NCBI GenBank assembly: GCA_041640635.1
Contig: JBEPZX010000014.1
Coordinates: forward strand, 1-32,303
Direction: 5' to 3'
Length of the DNA: 32,303 nt
From: Aquificaceae bacterium
GTDB lineage: Bacteria > Aquificota > Aquificia > Aquificales > Aquificaceae
Shown here: positions 1 to 10,636 of the stretch, piece after piece
Position numbering within the stretch: the first letter of the stretch is position 1
Layout of the letters: each line of letters begins with the position of its first letter
Notes under the pieces: generated by a model
Told to the model about the DNA's origin: nothing
Database searches by the model: none
Seen by the model: the letters and a program-made list of their open reading frames with translations, nothing else
Position numbers and translations under genes: made by a program

Positions 1-1272
1 CTATTCAAACTCACACCTTACGAGCGTTACGAAATTCTAATGAAAGCTAGCCAGATACTGAAAGAAAGGTCAGAAGAGTTTGCAAAAACTCTAGTTTTGG
101 AGGTAGGCAAGACTATAAGAGAAGCTAAAGCGGAAGTTCAGAGAGCCATACAAACTCTTATATTTTCTGCGGAAGAGGCAAAGAGAATTGGAGGAGAAGT
201 TATACCTATAAATGCACACCCTAATGGGAAAGGTAAGGTTGGCTTTTACATTAGACAACCTGTAGGCATAGTATCGGCTATTACTCCCTTTAACTTTCCC
301 TTGAATCTATCCATGCATAAAGTTGCTCCCGCTTTGGCTTGTGGAAACGCTGTAATTTTAAAACCTTCGGAAAAAACGCCACTTACACCTCTGATGTTGG
401 GAGAGATACTTCTGGAAGCTGGTTTGCCCAAAAAGGCTCTTTCCATACTTCCAGGGTATGCAGACGTAGGTAAAGCCATGACCACACACCCAAAGGTAAG
501 GGTTGTGTCCTTTACAGGTAGTAAGAAAGTAGGTGAGATTATTGCAAGACAAGCAAGTATCAAACGCATAGTTTTAGAGCTAGGCTCCAACTCCGCCATA
601 GTTGTTCACAAAGATGGTGATGTGAAGAAGGCTGTGCAAAAGGTAATTTTAGGCGGTTTTGCTATTGCAGGACAGGTTTGTATATCCGTCCAAAGAGTTT
701 TCGTTCACGAAGATGTGTTTAACGAGTTCCTAAAGGAGCTTTCGGAAAGCATAGAAAAACTAAAAGTAGGAGACCCTATGGATGAAAATACAGATATAGG
801 ACCTATGATATCCGTTTCTGAAGTTATAAGGATAAAAGAATGGGTAGATGAAGCACTGCAAATGGGTTCACAACTCGTTACCGTTGAAAAAGAGACAACT
901 CAACAGCTTTCTTCCATATTCCCACCAAGCATAGTTTCCCTTGTTCCAAAGGAAGCCAAACTCTTCAAAGAGGAAGCATTTGCTCCCGTAGTTGTTGTAA
1001 ATCCTTACAGAAATATAGAAGAAGCCATAGATATGGTTAACGATTCTGATTACGGTTTACAGGTGGGAATATTTACAAAGGATATAAATGTAGCTTGGGA
1101 ATTTATACAAAAGGTAGAGGTAGGCGGCGTTTTAATAAACGAAGGTCCAAACTTTAGAGCGGATCATATGCCATATGGAGGTGTTAAACACTCAGGAATA
1201 GGCAGAGAAGGACCAAAATTTGCTGTCGAGGACTATACAGAAATTAAAATGGTGATATTTGACTTAAGCTGA
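1..1272 (+). CDS. NAD(P)-dependent aldehyde dehydrogenase family protein (5' end outside window)
   Basis: ITPFNFP, KPSEKTP, FTGS, catalytic ELGSN and GQVCIS, EEAFAP and PYGGVKHSGIGREG motifs; frame is open from base 1. Confidence 0.95.
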   Translation, partial: LFKLTPYERYEILMKASQILKERSEEFAKTLVLEVGKTIREAKAEVQRAIQTLIFSAEEAKRIGGEVIPINAHPNGKGKVGFYIRQPVGIVSAITPFNFPLNLSMHKVAPALACGNAVILKPSEKTPLTPLMLGEILLEAGLPKKALSILPGYADVGKAMTTHPKVRVVSFTGSKKVGEIIARQASIKRIVLELGSNSAIVVHKDGDVKKAVQKVILGGFAIAGQVCISVQRVFVHEDVFNEFLKELSESIEKLKVGDPMDENTDIGPMISVSEVIRIKEWVDEALQMGSQLVTVEKETTQQLSSIFPPSIVSLVPKEAKLFKEEAFAPVVVVNPYRNIEEAIDMVNDSDYGLQVGIFTKDINVAWEFIQKVEVGGVLINEGPNFRADHMPYGGVKHSGIGREGPKFAVEDYTEIKMVIFDLS

Positions 1273-1315
1273 GTTGCATTGGTAAAGAAATTTTAAATGC
1301 ATATATTTAAGCATT

Positions 1316-3187
1316 ATGCTTGAAAAGTACGAGATTCTTAGAAACTATAGTAGTCCCATAGACCTAAAGTATATGGACTATCAAGCTTTACAAAAACTCG
1401 CACAAGAAGTTAGAGATTACATTATAGAAGTAACCGCTAAAAATGGCGGACACGTAGCTCCGGGATTAGGAGTTGTGGAGCTCACCATAGCTCTCCTTAG
1501 AGTGTTTGATGTGCCAAAGGACGTTATAGTTTGGGATATTGGACATCAAGCCTACCCTTGGAAAATACTAACAGACAGAAAGGAACAGTTTCCTACACTT
1601 AGGCAATATAAAGGTATATCGGGCTTTTTAAGAAGGGAAGAGAGCATTTACGATGCTTTTGGAGCTGGGCATAGTTCAACTTCTATAAGTGCAGCTCTCG
1701 GGTTTAGGAAGGCTATGGATCTTTTAAAGCAAGACGGATACGTAGTTTCTGTCATAGGCGATGGTGCAATGACAGCTGGAATGGCATACGAAGCACTAAA
1801 CAACGCAGGGCATCTGAAACCAGACAAGTTTATAGTAATACTTAACGATAACGAAATGTCCATATCCCCCAACGTAGGAGCTATTTCCACTTACCTTAGC
1901 AAAATAATAAGCGGGCACTTTGTTCAAGAGGCTAGACAAAGGATAAAAAAGATATTGGAAAGTTTAGGTAACGGTCCTGCACGCCTTGCAAAGCTCACTG
2001 AAGAGTTACTTAAGGGACTTATTAGTCCTGGAGTCTTATTTGAAGAGCTTGGTTTCAATTACATTGGACCCATAAATGGTCATAATCTGGAAGCCTTAGA
2101 AACTACTCTAAAGAATATAAAAGCAATAAAGGGTCCCGTATTGCTACATATCTATACCACAAAGGGTAAAGGTTACAAACCAGCTGAAAACGATCCCGTC
2201 ACATGGCACGGTGTAGCACCTTACAAAAGAGAATCTGGAGAGTTTATAAAAAAGCCTTCACCACCTACTTGGACTTCCGTATTTGGAAAGGCTGTTGTAG
2301 AGCTAGCTCAGATGGATGATAAAGTTGTAGTAATAACACCAGCTATGAAAGAAGGTTCTGGACTTGTAGAGTTCAGTAAGACATTTCCTGATAGATTCTT
2401 TGATGTGGGTATTGCGGAACAACATGCCTGCACCTTCGCTGGTGGACTTGCAGCAAAAGGACTAAAACCCATCGCATCCTATTACTCCACATTTTTACAG
2501 AGAGCTTACGATCAGGTTATTCACGATATAGCTCTTCAAAATCTTCATGTAGTCTTCGCCATAGACAGGGGTGGATTAGTAGGCGACGATGGTCCTACGC
2601 ATCATGGGGTATTTGATTTATCTTATCTTAGATGCATACCCAACATGGTAATAGCCGCTCCTAAGGATGAACAAGAACTAAGAGATCTCTTATACACAGG
2701 CATAAACCATAACGGACCTTTTGCTATAAGGTATCCACGAGGACCTGCTTACGGTGTCCCCACAGAGGGATTTAAAAGTATAAAAATTGGATCTTGGGAA
2801 AAAATTATAGAAGGAGAAGACATAGTCATTCTTGCTACGGGTTACACTGTATATCAGGCTATTATGGCAAGTGAGGAGCTCTTAAAGCAAAACATAAGAG
2901 TAGGCGTTGTAAACTGTAGATTTATAAAACCTATGGATGAGGATATGCTTCTAGATCTTAGCAACAAATACGAAGTGTTTTTGACAGTGGAAGATAACAC
3001 GGTGGTAGGCGGTTTTGGATCCGGAGTTCTTGAGTTTCTTGCAAAGCATAACATAAGCAAAAAGACAATAAATTTAGGCGTGCCAGATATGTTCATTGAA
3101 CACGGTAACCAAAACCTGCTAAGAAATACAGTTGGAATAGATAAAGAAGGAATCATTAAAACCGTTAAAGAACTTTGCACTGTATAG
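1316..3187 (+). CDS. dxs: 1-deoxy-D-xylulose-5-phosphate synthase
   Basis: WDIGHQAY, GHSSTSISAALG, ThDP motif GDGA...LNDN, GIAEQH, DRGGLVGDDGPTHHG; 623 aa. Confidence 0.98.
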   Translation: MLEKYEILRNYSSPIDLKYMDYQALQKLAQEVRDYIIEVTAKNGGHVAPGLGVVELTIALLRVFDVPKDVIVWDIGHQAYPWKILTDRKEQFPTLRQYKGISGFLRREESIYDAFGAGHSSTSISAALGFRKAMDLLKQDGYVVSVIGDGAMTAGMAYEALNNAGHLKPDKFIVILNDNEMSISPNVGAISTYLSKIISGHFVQEARQRIKKILESLGNGPARLAKLTEELLKGLISPGVLFEELGFNYIGPINGHNLEALETTLKNIKAIKGPVLLHIYTTKGKGYKPAENDPVTWHGVAPYKRESGEFIKKPSPPTWTSVFGKAVVELAQMDDKVVVITPAMKEGSGLVEFSKTFPDRFFDVGIAEQHACTFAGGLAAKGLKPIASYYSTFLQRAYDQVIHDIALQNLHVVFAIDRGGLVGDDGPTHHGVFDLSYLRCIPNMVIAAPKDEQELRDLLYTGINHNGPFAIRYPRGPAYGVPTEGFKSIKIGSWEKIIEGEDIVILATGYTVYQAIMASEELLKQNIRVGVVNCRFIKPMDEDMLLDLSNKYEVFLTVEDNTVVGGFGSGVLEFLAKHNISKKTINLGVPDMFIEHGNQNLLRNTVGIDKEGIIKTVKELCTV

Positions 3188-3244
3188 TGTATTAATTTTT
3201 TATTTATCAGTTCCAAAATTCGTTTGAATTATAATTAAGGTATA

Positions 3245-3724
3245 ATGGCTGAAGAAGCTAAAAAAGAAGCTCAGGAAGAAAAAAAAGGAAAGAGTAAAAT
3301 AATTTTTTTAATACCCGTGTTAGTCTTACTAATTGCAGGAGGTGCTGGAGGAGCATACTTTTTCTTCTTCAAAAAAGGTGAAAAAAAAGAAAATAACCTC
3401 GCTTCACCTTCACAGATAGGAATTATGGTAGATTTAGGTACATTTACAGTTAACCTCGCAGATCCTCAGTCGGAAGTGTATGCGAGGATAGCTATAACCA
3501 TGGAAGTATCAGATGAAAAGGTGAAGGCAGAAGTAGAAAAAAGAATGCCTGTAATAAAGGATGCCATTATAGATATAATAAGCAGTAAGGAATCCAATTT
3601 TGTAAGAAGTCCAGATGGAAGAGAGACCTTAAGATTAGAAATCATAAGAAGGATAAACACCATTTTGGTGGAAGGCGGTGTGAGGAACATCTACTTTACA
3701 GAGTTTATTGTACAATCAACATGA
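3245..3724 (+). CDS. fliL: flagellar basal-body-associated protein FliL
   Basis: N-terminal TM helix, FTVNLAD, C-terminal VRNIYFTEFIVQ; first gene of the fliOPQR cluster. Confidence 0.93.
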   Translation: MAEEAKKEAQEEKKGKSKIIFLIPVLVLLIAGGAGGAYFFFFKKGEKKENNLASPSQIGIMVDLGTFTVNLADPQSEVYARIAITMEVSDEKVKAEVEKRMPVIKDAIIDIISSKESNFVRSPDGRETLRLEIIRRINTILVEGGVRNIYFTEFIVQST

Positions 3725-4014
3725 CGGATTTTTTTATAGATTTGCTAAGAAGTGTCCTGGCTTTGGGAATAGTTCTAGCCATAATTCTTTTGGTACTTCC
3801 GTACCTTCCTAGGTTAATGTCTACATTCAAGTTACCTATAAAAAGCGAAGGACACTACGTAAACATTAAAAGAGTAATTCCTATAAACAGGGGAGGATCA
3901 CTCGTAGAAATGCAAATAAAGGAAAAGTACTATGTAGTTTATTTTACCAATACTTCTGCTACTATAGTATATAAAGAAGATGAAGAAAACAATAGCAATA
4001 ATTCTACTTCTTAA
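3721..4014 (+). CDS. fliO: FliO-like flagellar export accessory protein
   Basis: Single N-terminal TM plus small beta-rich domain; lies between fliL and fliP. Confidence 0.65.
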   Translation: MTDFFIDLLRSVLALGIVLAIILLVLPYLPRLMSTFKLPIKSEGHYVNIKRVIPINRGGSLVEMQIKEKYYVVYFTNTSATIVYKEDEENNSNNSTS

Positions 4015-4717
4015 TTTACCAGCTATTGCTCAGACGCAACTGCTACCTAACGTAGATCTACGCGTAGGTACTGGTCAATTAGATACATCCATAAGACTAC
4101 TAATATTACTCACCATCCTTTCTCTGGCACCATCCATAATTATTATGACTACATCTTTTATAAGGATAGTTATAGTCCTTTCTATACTAAGGCAAGCAAT
4201 AGGTATCCCTAACGTGCCACCAAACCAAGTGATAATATCCTTAGCACTTTTTCTAACATTTTTTATAATGAAGCCCTTTGTAGATAGAATAGATCAAGAA
4301 GCTTATCAGCCCCTAATTAAGGGTCAAATAACCGATAGCATTTTTTTTGAGAGAACATCCAGCATCTTAAAGGATTTCATGATAAAAAACACGCGCAAGG
4401 AAACATTAAAGGTTTTTTTAGATTCTTCCAATATTCCAAAAGAGGAGAGAAACAACATAAAGTCTCCTCAGGATGTACCTCTGAGTGTTATCATCCCAGC
4501 TTTTATGGTTAGCGAGATAACTACGGCTTTTAAAATAGTTTTTTTGCTTTACCTACCGTTTTTGATCCTCGATTTAGTTGTTGCCTCCATCCTTATATCC
4601 ATGGGGATATTGATGATACCGCCGCAGATTATATCCTTACCTTTTAAAATAATGCTCTTTGTTTTAGCAAACGGGTGGGAACTTGTTATACTATCCTTAG
4701 TGAGGAGTTATTCATGA
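3980..4717 (+). CDS. fliP: flagellar export gate protein FliP
   Basis: MTTSFIRIVIVLS, PPNQV, PAFMVSEI, ISLPFKIMLFVLANGW motifs. Confidence 0.97.
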   Translation: MKKTIAIILLLNLPAIAQTQLLPNVDLRVGTGQLDTSIRLLILLTILSLAPSIIIMTTSFIRIVIVLSILRQAIGIPNVPPNQVIISLALFLTFFIMKPFVDRIDQEAYQPLIKGQITDSIFFERTSSILKDFMIKNTRKETLKVFLDSSNIPKEERNNIKSPQDVPLSVIIPAFMVSEITTAFKIVFLLYLPFLILDLVVASILISMGILMIPPQIISLPFKIMLFVLANGWELVILSLVRSYS

Positions 4718-4983
4718 CACCAGATATGGTTGTTTCCTTTGTGCAAAAGGCTCTTGAGCTTGGTCTAATACTAGCTAGTCCCGTCTTAGTGATTACCTTT
4801 TTGGTTGGGCTGATTATAAGTATTCTTCAATCTGCTACACAGATACAAGAAATGACGCTAAGCTACATACCTAAAATCATAGCCGCATACATAACTGTCC
4901 TAGTTTTAGGTGCATGGATGCTTTCTAAAATCCTTGATTTTACCAAGTACTTAATTGTGAATATTCCTGTTTGGATTAAGTGA
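4714..4983 (+). CDS. fliQ: flagellar export gate protein FliQ
   Basis: QSATQIQEMTLSYIPKI motif; start moved to the ATG at 4714 overlapping the fliP stop (ATGA), giving 89 aa. Confidence 0.95.
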   Translation: MTPDMVVSFVQKALELGLILASPVLVITFLVGLIISILQSATQIQEMTLSYIPKIIAAYITVLVLGAWMLSKILDFTKYLIVNIPVWIK

Positions 4984-5005
4984 TAGTGCTAAAAAGTATT
5001 AAATC

Positions 5006-5767
5006 ATGCTTGCGCTAAATGAGTATGCTTTGCTTACCATACTCCTAGTTTACATAAGAATATTCTCCTTCCTATTTTTAGTTCCTTTCTTTGGGAAAGA
5101 GTCTATCCCTAACATAATAAAGGTTTATTTAACTACAGCAGTAGGTTTCTCCATATTTTTGTACATAGACATAAAACCAATTGAAGTAGATAGTCTTCTT
5201 GAGTTTTTCCTCTTGGCTTTTGGTGAGTTTCTTCTCGGATTTGTAAGCGGTTTAATACTTAGGTTTCTACTTGACGCAGTTATGTATGCAGGAGAGCTAA
5301 TTGGTATAAATATGGGTCTTGGTTTAGCAACGGTCTTTTTGCCTCAACAACCGCAGGCTAACATTATGTCTGTATTTTTCATGTTGCTTGGTTCGCTTTT
5401 CTTTATAGCTGTAGGCGGACCTGAAATTATCTACTTTGCACTGGTTAGAAGTTTTGAAAAACTTCCCATTGGAAGCTTCAGCATATACAACTTTAATCCA
5501 GATGTATTTCTCAAGTTTTTCTATGAAAGTTTTAGCTTAGCTTTTAGAATAGCGCTTCCAGTGATTCTTACCTTACTAATTTTAAATATAGTTCTTGCTA
5601 TAATAAACCGTTTCATTCCTCAGATAAACGTCTTTATCGTTGGACTTCCATTACAAATCTTCGTTGGCTTTATTGTTTTAATTATAGTTTTGCCTATAAT
5701 TACATTGGTACTCTCATCTTACGTTAGGAGCTATATAATTAGATTAGTAAACATTCTGGGGAACTAA
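5006..5767 (+). CDS. fliR: flagellar export gate protein FliR
   Basis: Polytopic membrane protein with AGELIGINMGLG and RFIPQINVFIVGLP; between fliQ and flhB. Confidence 0.95.
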   Translation: MLALNEYALLTILLVYIRIFSFLFLVPFFGKESIPNIIKVYLTTAVGFSIFLYIDIKPIEVDSLLEFFLLAFGEFLLGFVSGLILRFLLDAVMYAGELIGINMGLGLATVFLPQQPQANIMSVFFMLLGSLFFIAVGGPEIIYFALVRSFEKLPIGSFSIYNFNPDVFLKFFYESFSLAFRIALPVILTLLILNIVLAIINRFIPQINVFIVGLPLQIFVGFIVLIIVLPIITLVLSSYVRSYIIRLVNILGN

Positions 5768-5769
5768 AT

Positions 5770-6822
5770 ATGGCACAGGAAAATAGGACAGAAAAAGCTA
5801 CTCCGTATCGAAGAAAAAAGCTGAGGGAAGAGGGAAATGTAGCAAAAAGCATAGAAATCGCGTCAGCCTTAACTGTACTTTTGGGAACAGTAGCTTTATT
5901 TTATGCAGGCTACAGTATATTTACAGAAACGGTGAATCTTTTAGCTTTTGCATCTCAAAACCCCTTTACGGATTTTTCGTATCTACTAAGTTACATTAAC
6001 AATCGTATACCTAAGTTACTTGTACCATTTTTTATACTTACCATAATTACCGTAATCGCATCTCACATTGGTCAGTTTGGTTTTATATTTACAACTAAAC
6101 CCTTGGAAGCCAAATGGAATAGGTTAAACCCTTTCGAAGGTATAAAAAGAATATTTTCTCTGACTCTCTTATTTGAACTTTTGAAGAATTCCCTAAAGGT
6201 TATTATCCTTTTAGGAATAGTTTACTTAACCTTAAAACAGGATGTTTCAATTATCGTCAACTCAGCTTTGGTAAGCCCGGCTCAAGGATTATTAAATGGT
6301 GTGTTTCTTGCATTTAAAGTAGTGATTGTAATTGCCATATTTGCTCTTTTTATAGCAATTTTAGATTTTGCTTATAAAAAGTGGGATTACGAAAGAAGGA
6401 TAAGAATGAGTAAGGAAGAAATAAAAGAAGAATACAAACAACACGAAGGGAATCCACTTATAAAAGGTGCTATAAAGAAACGTATGAGAGAGTTGAGAAA
6501 AGGCAGGATGATGCAGGAAGTACCAAAAGCTAGCGTAGTTATAACAAACCCAACACATATAGCTATAGCATTAAGGTATAATCCACAAATAGGAGACAAC
6601 GCTCCTATTGTTTTGGCTAAAGGTAAAGGTGCCGTAGCTGAAAAGATAATACAGGTAGCTAGACTCAACGATGTGCCAGTTGTAAGAAGAGAGGAATTAG
6701 CAAGAGCTATGTATCCTATCGTAGAAGTAGGAGAAGAAATACCACCTAAATTTTACAAAGCTGTGGCACAAATACTAGCATTTATAATTAGGAAGGATAA
6801 AAGGTATGAACGAACTGGGTAA
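5770..6822 (+). CDS. flhB: flagellar export switch protein FlhB
   Basis: RTEKATPYR, EGNPLIK and autocleavage motif TNPTH. Confidence 0.97.
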   Translation: MAQENRTEKATPYRRKKLREEGNVAKSIEIASALTVLLGTVALFYAGYSIFTETVNLLAFASQNPFTDFSYLLSYINNRIPKLLVPFFILTIITVIASHIGQFGFIFTTKPLEAKWNRLNPFEGIKRIFSLTLLFELLKNSLKVIILLGIVYLTLKQDVSIIVNSALVSPAQGLLNGVFLAFKVVIVIAIFALFIAILDFAYKKWDYERRIRMSKEEIKEEYKQHEGNPLIKGAIKKRMRELRKGRMMQEVPKASVVITNPTHIAIALRYNPQIGDNAPIVLAKGKGAVAEKIIQVARLNDVPVVRREELARAMYPIVEVGEEIPPKFYKAVAQILAFIIRKDKRYERTG

Positions 6823-7018
6823 ATTTTTCATATTGTTAGGTATACTCATCATATTTGTCGGTATAGCCATCACTCTTGTACCTAAACTACCTACGTGGAA
6901 ACTACCTGGCGATATACTTATAAGAAGAGATAACACTACCATTTATATACCAATAGCTACATCTCTAATAATTAGTCTAATTTTGACTCTTATAATAAAT
7001 ATCCTTTTAAGGAAGTGA
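6806..7018 (+). CDS. small two-TM membrane protein (DUF2905-like)
   Basis: LPGDI...IYIPIATSLIISLILTLI pattern. Confidence 0.85.
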   Translation: MNELGKFFILLGILIIFVGIAITLVPKLPTWKLPGDILIRRDNTTIYIPIATSLIISLILTLIINILLRK

Positions 7019-7173
7019 GCCAATTAACCATCAATCCATATAGCAAGCAAAAGATCTACTTTCATTACATGTGTAGTGATACTTGAGTAAATCTCCTTTC
7101 TAAAGACATGAAAGCATCTAAAAGAGACATGGAAAACTTCGATATAAACAAGAAGTGCAGATAGGAAAACTGA

Positions 7174-7797
7174 TTAAGGCAACACTTCCACTTCACCTCT
7201 AGCTGTAATCGTAGCTCTAAGAACTTTTTCCAACCCTTCAGGTTTGACTCTTATAACTTTACCTATGTTTCCAGTATCCAAAGCCTTACAGCTAAACTTT
7301 ATGAGAATCTCTTTTTCCTTGTACATACATCTTACTATTTCTCCATACCTAACAACAGGAATGGGTCTTAAATATACCTTCCTCAGGTACGCACCTTTAA
7401 GAATATTAGTTCCTGTTACATAATTGGGGAAATCTTCCGAAGATATTCTGAGATCAGAAGGAACTGTCCTTACCCATATATAGTCCTCTTCAAACATAGA
7501 AATATCTATCGGGCTTCCTCTCGGAATATTCTCTTTAGCCTTGTACACTTTTACTTTCCAGAGCAGGTCGAGAAATACCTTAACTTCCCTTTCATCGCTT
7601 ATTACATAAGCTATGGATTTAAAGCGTCCGTATTCAACATCCAAACTAATGTCCTGTATGTCCTTTATTTGACCTAAGGGTTTAATTTTCAAAAGCCTTA
7701 CAGTATCACCAAACTTTTTATGTAATTCTTGTTTTATAGCATCTTCCAAATTTGCAAAGGCTAAATTAAAAAGAGCTATCAATAGGATAAGTACCAT
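7174..7797 (-). CDS. flgA: flagellar P-ring formation chaperone FlgA
   Basis: Signal peptide; C-terminal VVRYGEIV...KALDTGNIGKVIRVK...VLRATITARGEVEV. Confidence 0.8.
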   Translation of the reverse strand: MVLILLIALFNLAFANLEDAIKQELHKKFGDTVRLLKIKPLGQIKDIQDISLDVEYGRFKSIAYVISDEREVKVFLDLLWKVKVYKAKENIPRGSPIDISMFEEDYIWVRTVPSDLRISSEDFPNYVTGTNILKGAYLRKVYLRPIPVVRYGEIVRCMYKEKEILIKFSCKALDTGNIGKVIRVKPEGLEKVLRATITARGEVEVLP

Positions 7798-7798
7798 T

Positions 7799-8473
7799 TC
7801 AAGCTTTTTGGAAAGTCATGAGCTCCCTTATTAGTGTTGCAGGATGCACTTCTTTTGGACATGCATTATTGCACTTGTTACACGAAAGACAGTACATTAG
7901 TTTACTTTGTTCTATAGCCTGATTCAATCTATCTTGGTCATCTCTTGGATCTAAAGCATATCTGTAAAATTTGGCAAAAAATAGCGGTCCAGCGTAATTT
8001 TCATCCAGAACTTGTGGACAGTAAGCTTGACAAGCCAAGCATAAAATGCAGTCTGCAGCATCTTCTATTTTTTTACTTATTTGCGGCTGTATCTTTAACA
8101 CTTGGTCTTTTTCCTTTATCCAAAGGTGAAATTCCTTTATGCGTTTTATAACTGGTTCACTATCTATTACAAGATCCTTAATTACTGCAAAGTTTTTTAG
8201 TGGTTCTATAAGAACCTCTTCACCTAGTATTACGTAGGGTAAAACTTGCTCTTTACAAGCCAATTTAGGAAAACCGTTAATGAGCACACTACAAGTACCA
8301 CATATACCAGCTCTGCAGAAATGTCTAAAGGAAAAGCTCTCATCGATTTCTTCTTTAATCCTATTGAAAGCTCTCAAGAATGTCATTCCTTCTTCGTAAG
8401 GAACCTCAACATTTTGATACCAGGATTTGCCTGATTGGTATCTTTTTAACTTTAGCTTAAGAACCATACCCAT
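7799..8473 (-). CDS. succinate dehydrogenase / fumarate reductase iron-sulfur subunit (SdhB/FrdB family)
   Basis: [2Fe-2S] motif CRAGICGTC...LAC plus two CxxCxxCxxxCP motifs. Confidence 0.93.
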   Translation of the reverse strand: MGMVLKLKLKRYQSGKSWYQNVEVPYEEGMTFLRAFNRIKEEIDESFSFRHFCRAGICGTCSVLINGFPKLACKEQVLPYVILGEEVLIEPLKNFAVIKDLVIDSEPVIKRIKEFHLWIKEKDQVLKIQPQISKKIEDAADCILCLACQAYCPQVLDENYAGPLFFAKFYRYALDPRDDQDRLNQAIEQSKLMYCLSCNKCNNACPKEVHPATLIRELMTFQKA

Positions 8474-8551
8474 GATAATTAAAAATATAAAACCCTTCTC
8501 TGCTTTGTGCTTTGTATTTATTAAAAACCAAAACTAAATAGAAATATTTAG

Positions 8552-8580
8552 AAAACTTTAGTCTGTTATGCTAAAATTTT
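8552..8580. promoter_or_regulatory. HAIR-like inverted repeat (putative HspR operator) upstream of groES
   Basis: AAACTTTAGT-N7-GCTAAAATTT, 8/10 dyad symmetry; same N7 spacing as HAIR CTTGAGT-N7-ACTCAAG. Confidence 0.5.
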
Positions 8581-8593
8581 TATATAAAACCCC

Positions 8594-8622
8594 TTGACAA
8601 AGACAATTTATGTTAATATAAT
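8594..8622 (+). promoter_or_regulatory. sigma70 promoter of groESL
   Basis: Perfect TTGACA-N17-TATAAT; SD AAGGAGG before the groES ATG. Confidence 0.9.
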
Positions 8623-8654
8623 CTTTATTAAAAATCTCTAAAGGAGGTGAAGAC

Positions 8655-8948
8655 ATGGCAAAACTTAGACCTTTATACGATAAGGTCGTAGTTAAACGAT
8701 ACGAAGAGCAAGAACAAAAAACAGCGTCAGGAATTATAATTCCAGATACAGCCAAAGAAAGACCACAGATGGGAGAGGTTATTGCCGTTGGTGAAGGAAA
8801 GCTCTTAAACTCGGGCCAAATTGTAGCACCCAAGGTTAAAGCTGGGGACAAAGTAATATTCAATAAATACGCCGGTACAGAGGTAGAACTCGACGGCGAG
8901 AAGTATTTAATAATGTCTGAAGATGAGATTTTAGCAATTGTAGAATAA
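8655..8948 (+). CDS. groES: co-chaperonin GroES
   Basis: [32 protein letters not shown]. Confidence 0.99.
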   Translation: MAKLRPLYDKVVVKRYEEQEQKTASGIIIPDTAKERPQMGEVIAVGEGKLLNSGQIVAPKVKAGDKVIFNKYAGTEVELDGEKYLIMSEDEILAIVE

Positions 8949-8958
8949 CAGAATCTAA

Positions 8959-10611
<1,653 letters not shown>

Positions 10612-10619
10612 TAATCTAT

Positions 10620-10636
10620 GGGGGGCTACGCCCCCT
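10620..10636. terminator. hairpin between convergent groEL and polX
   Basis: GGGGGC-TAC-GCCCCC at 10621-10635. Confidence 0.7.

Noticed and set aside
7015..7164. GTG-started frame with an in-frame TGA at 7084 (possible selenoprotein or pseudogene)
   Set aside because: Very short, no recognisable homology, and no GC-rich SECIS-like hairpin after the TGA.
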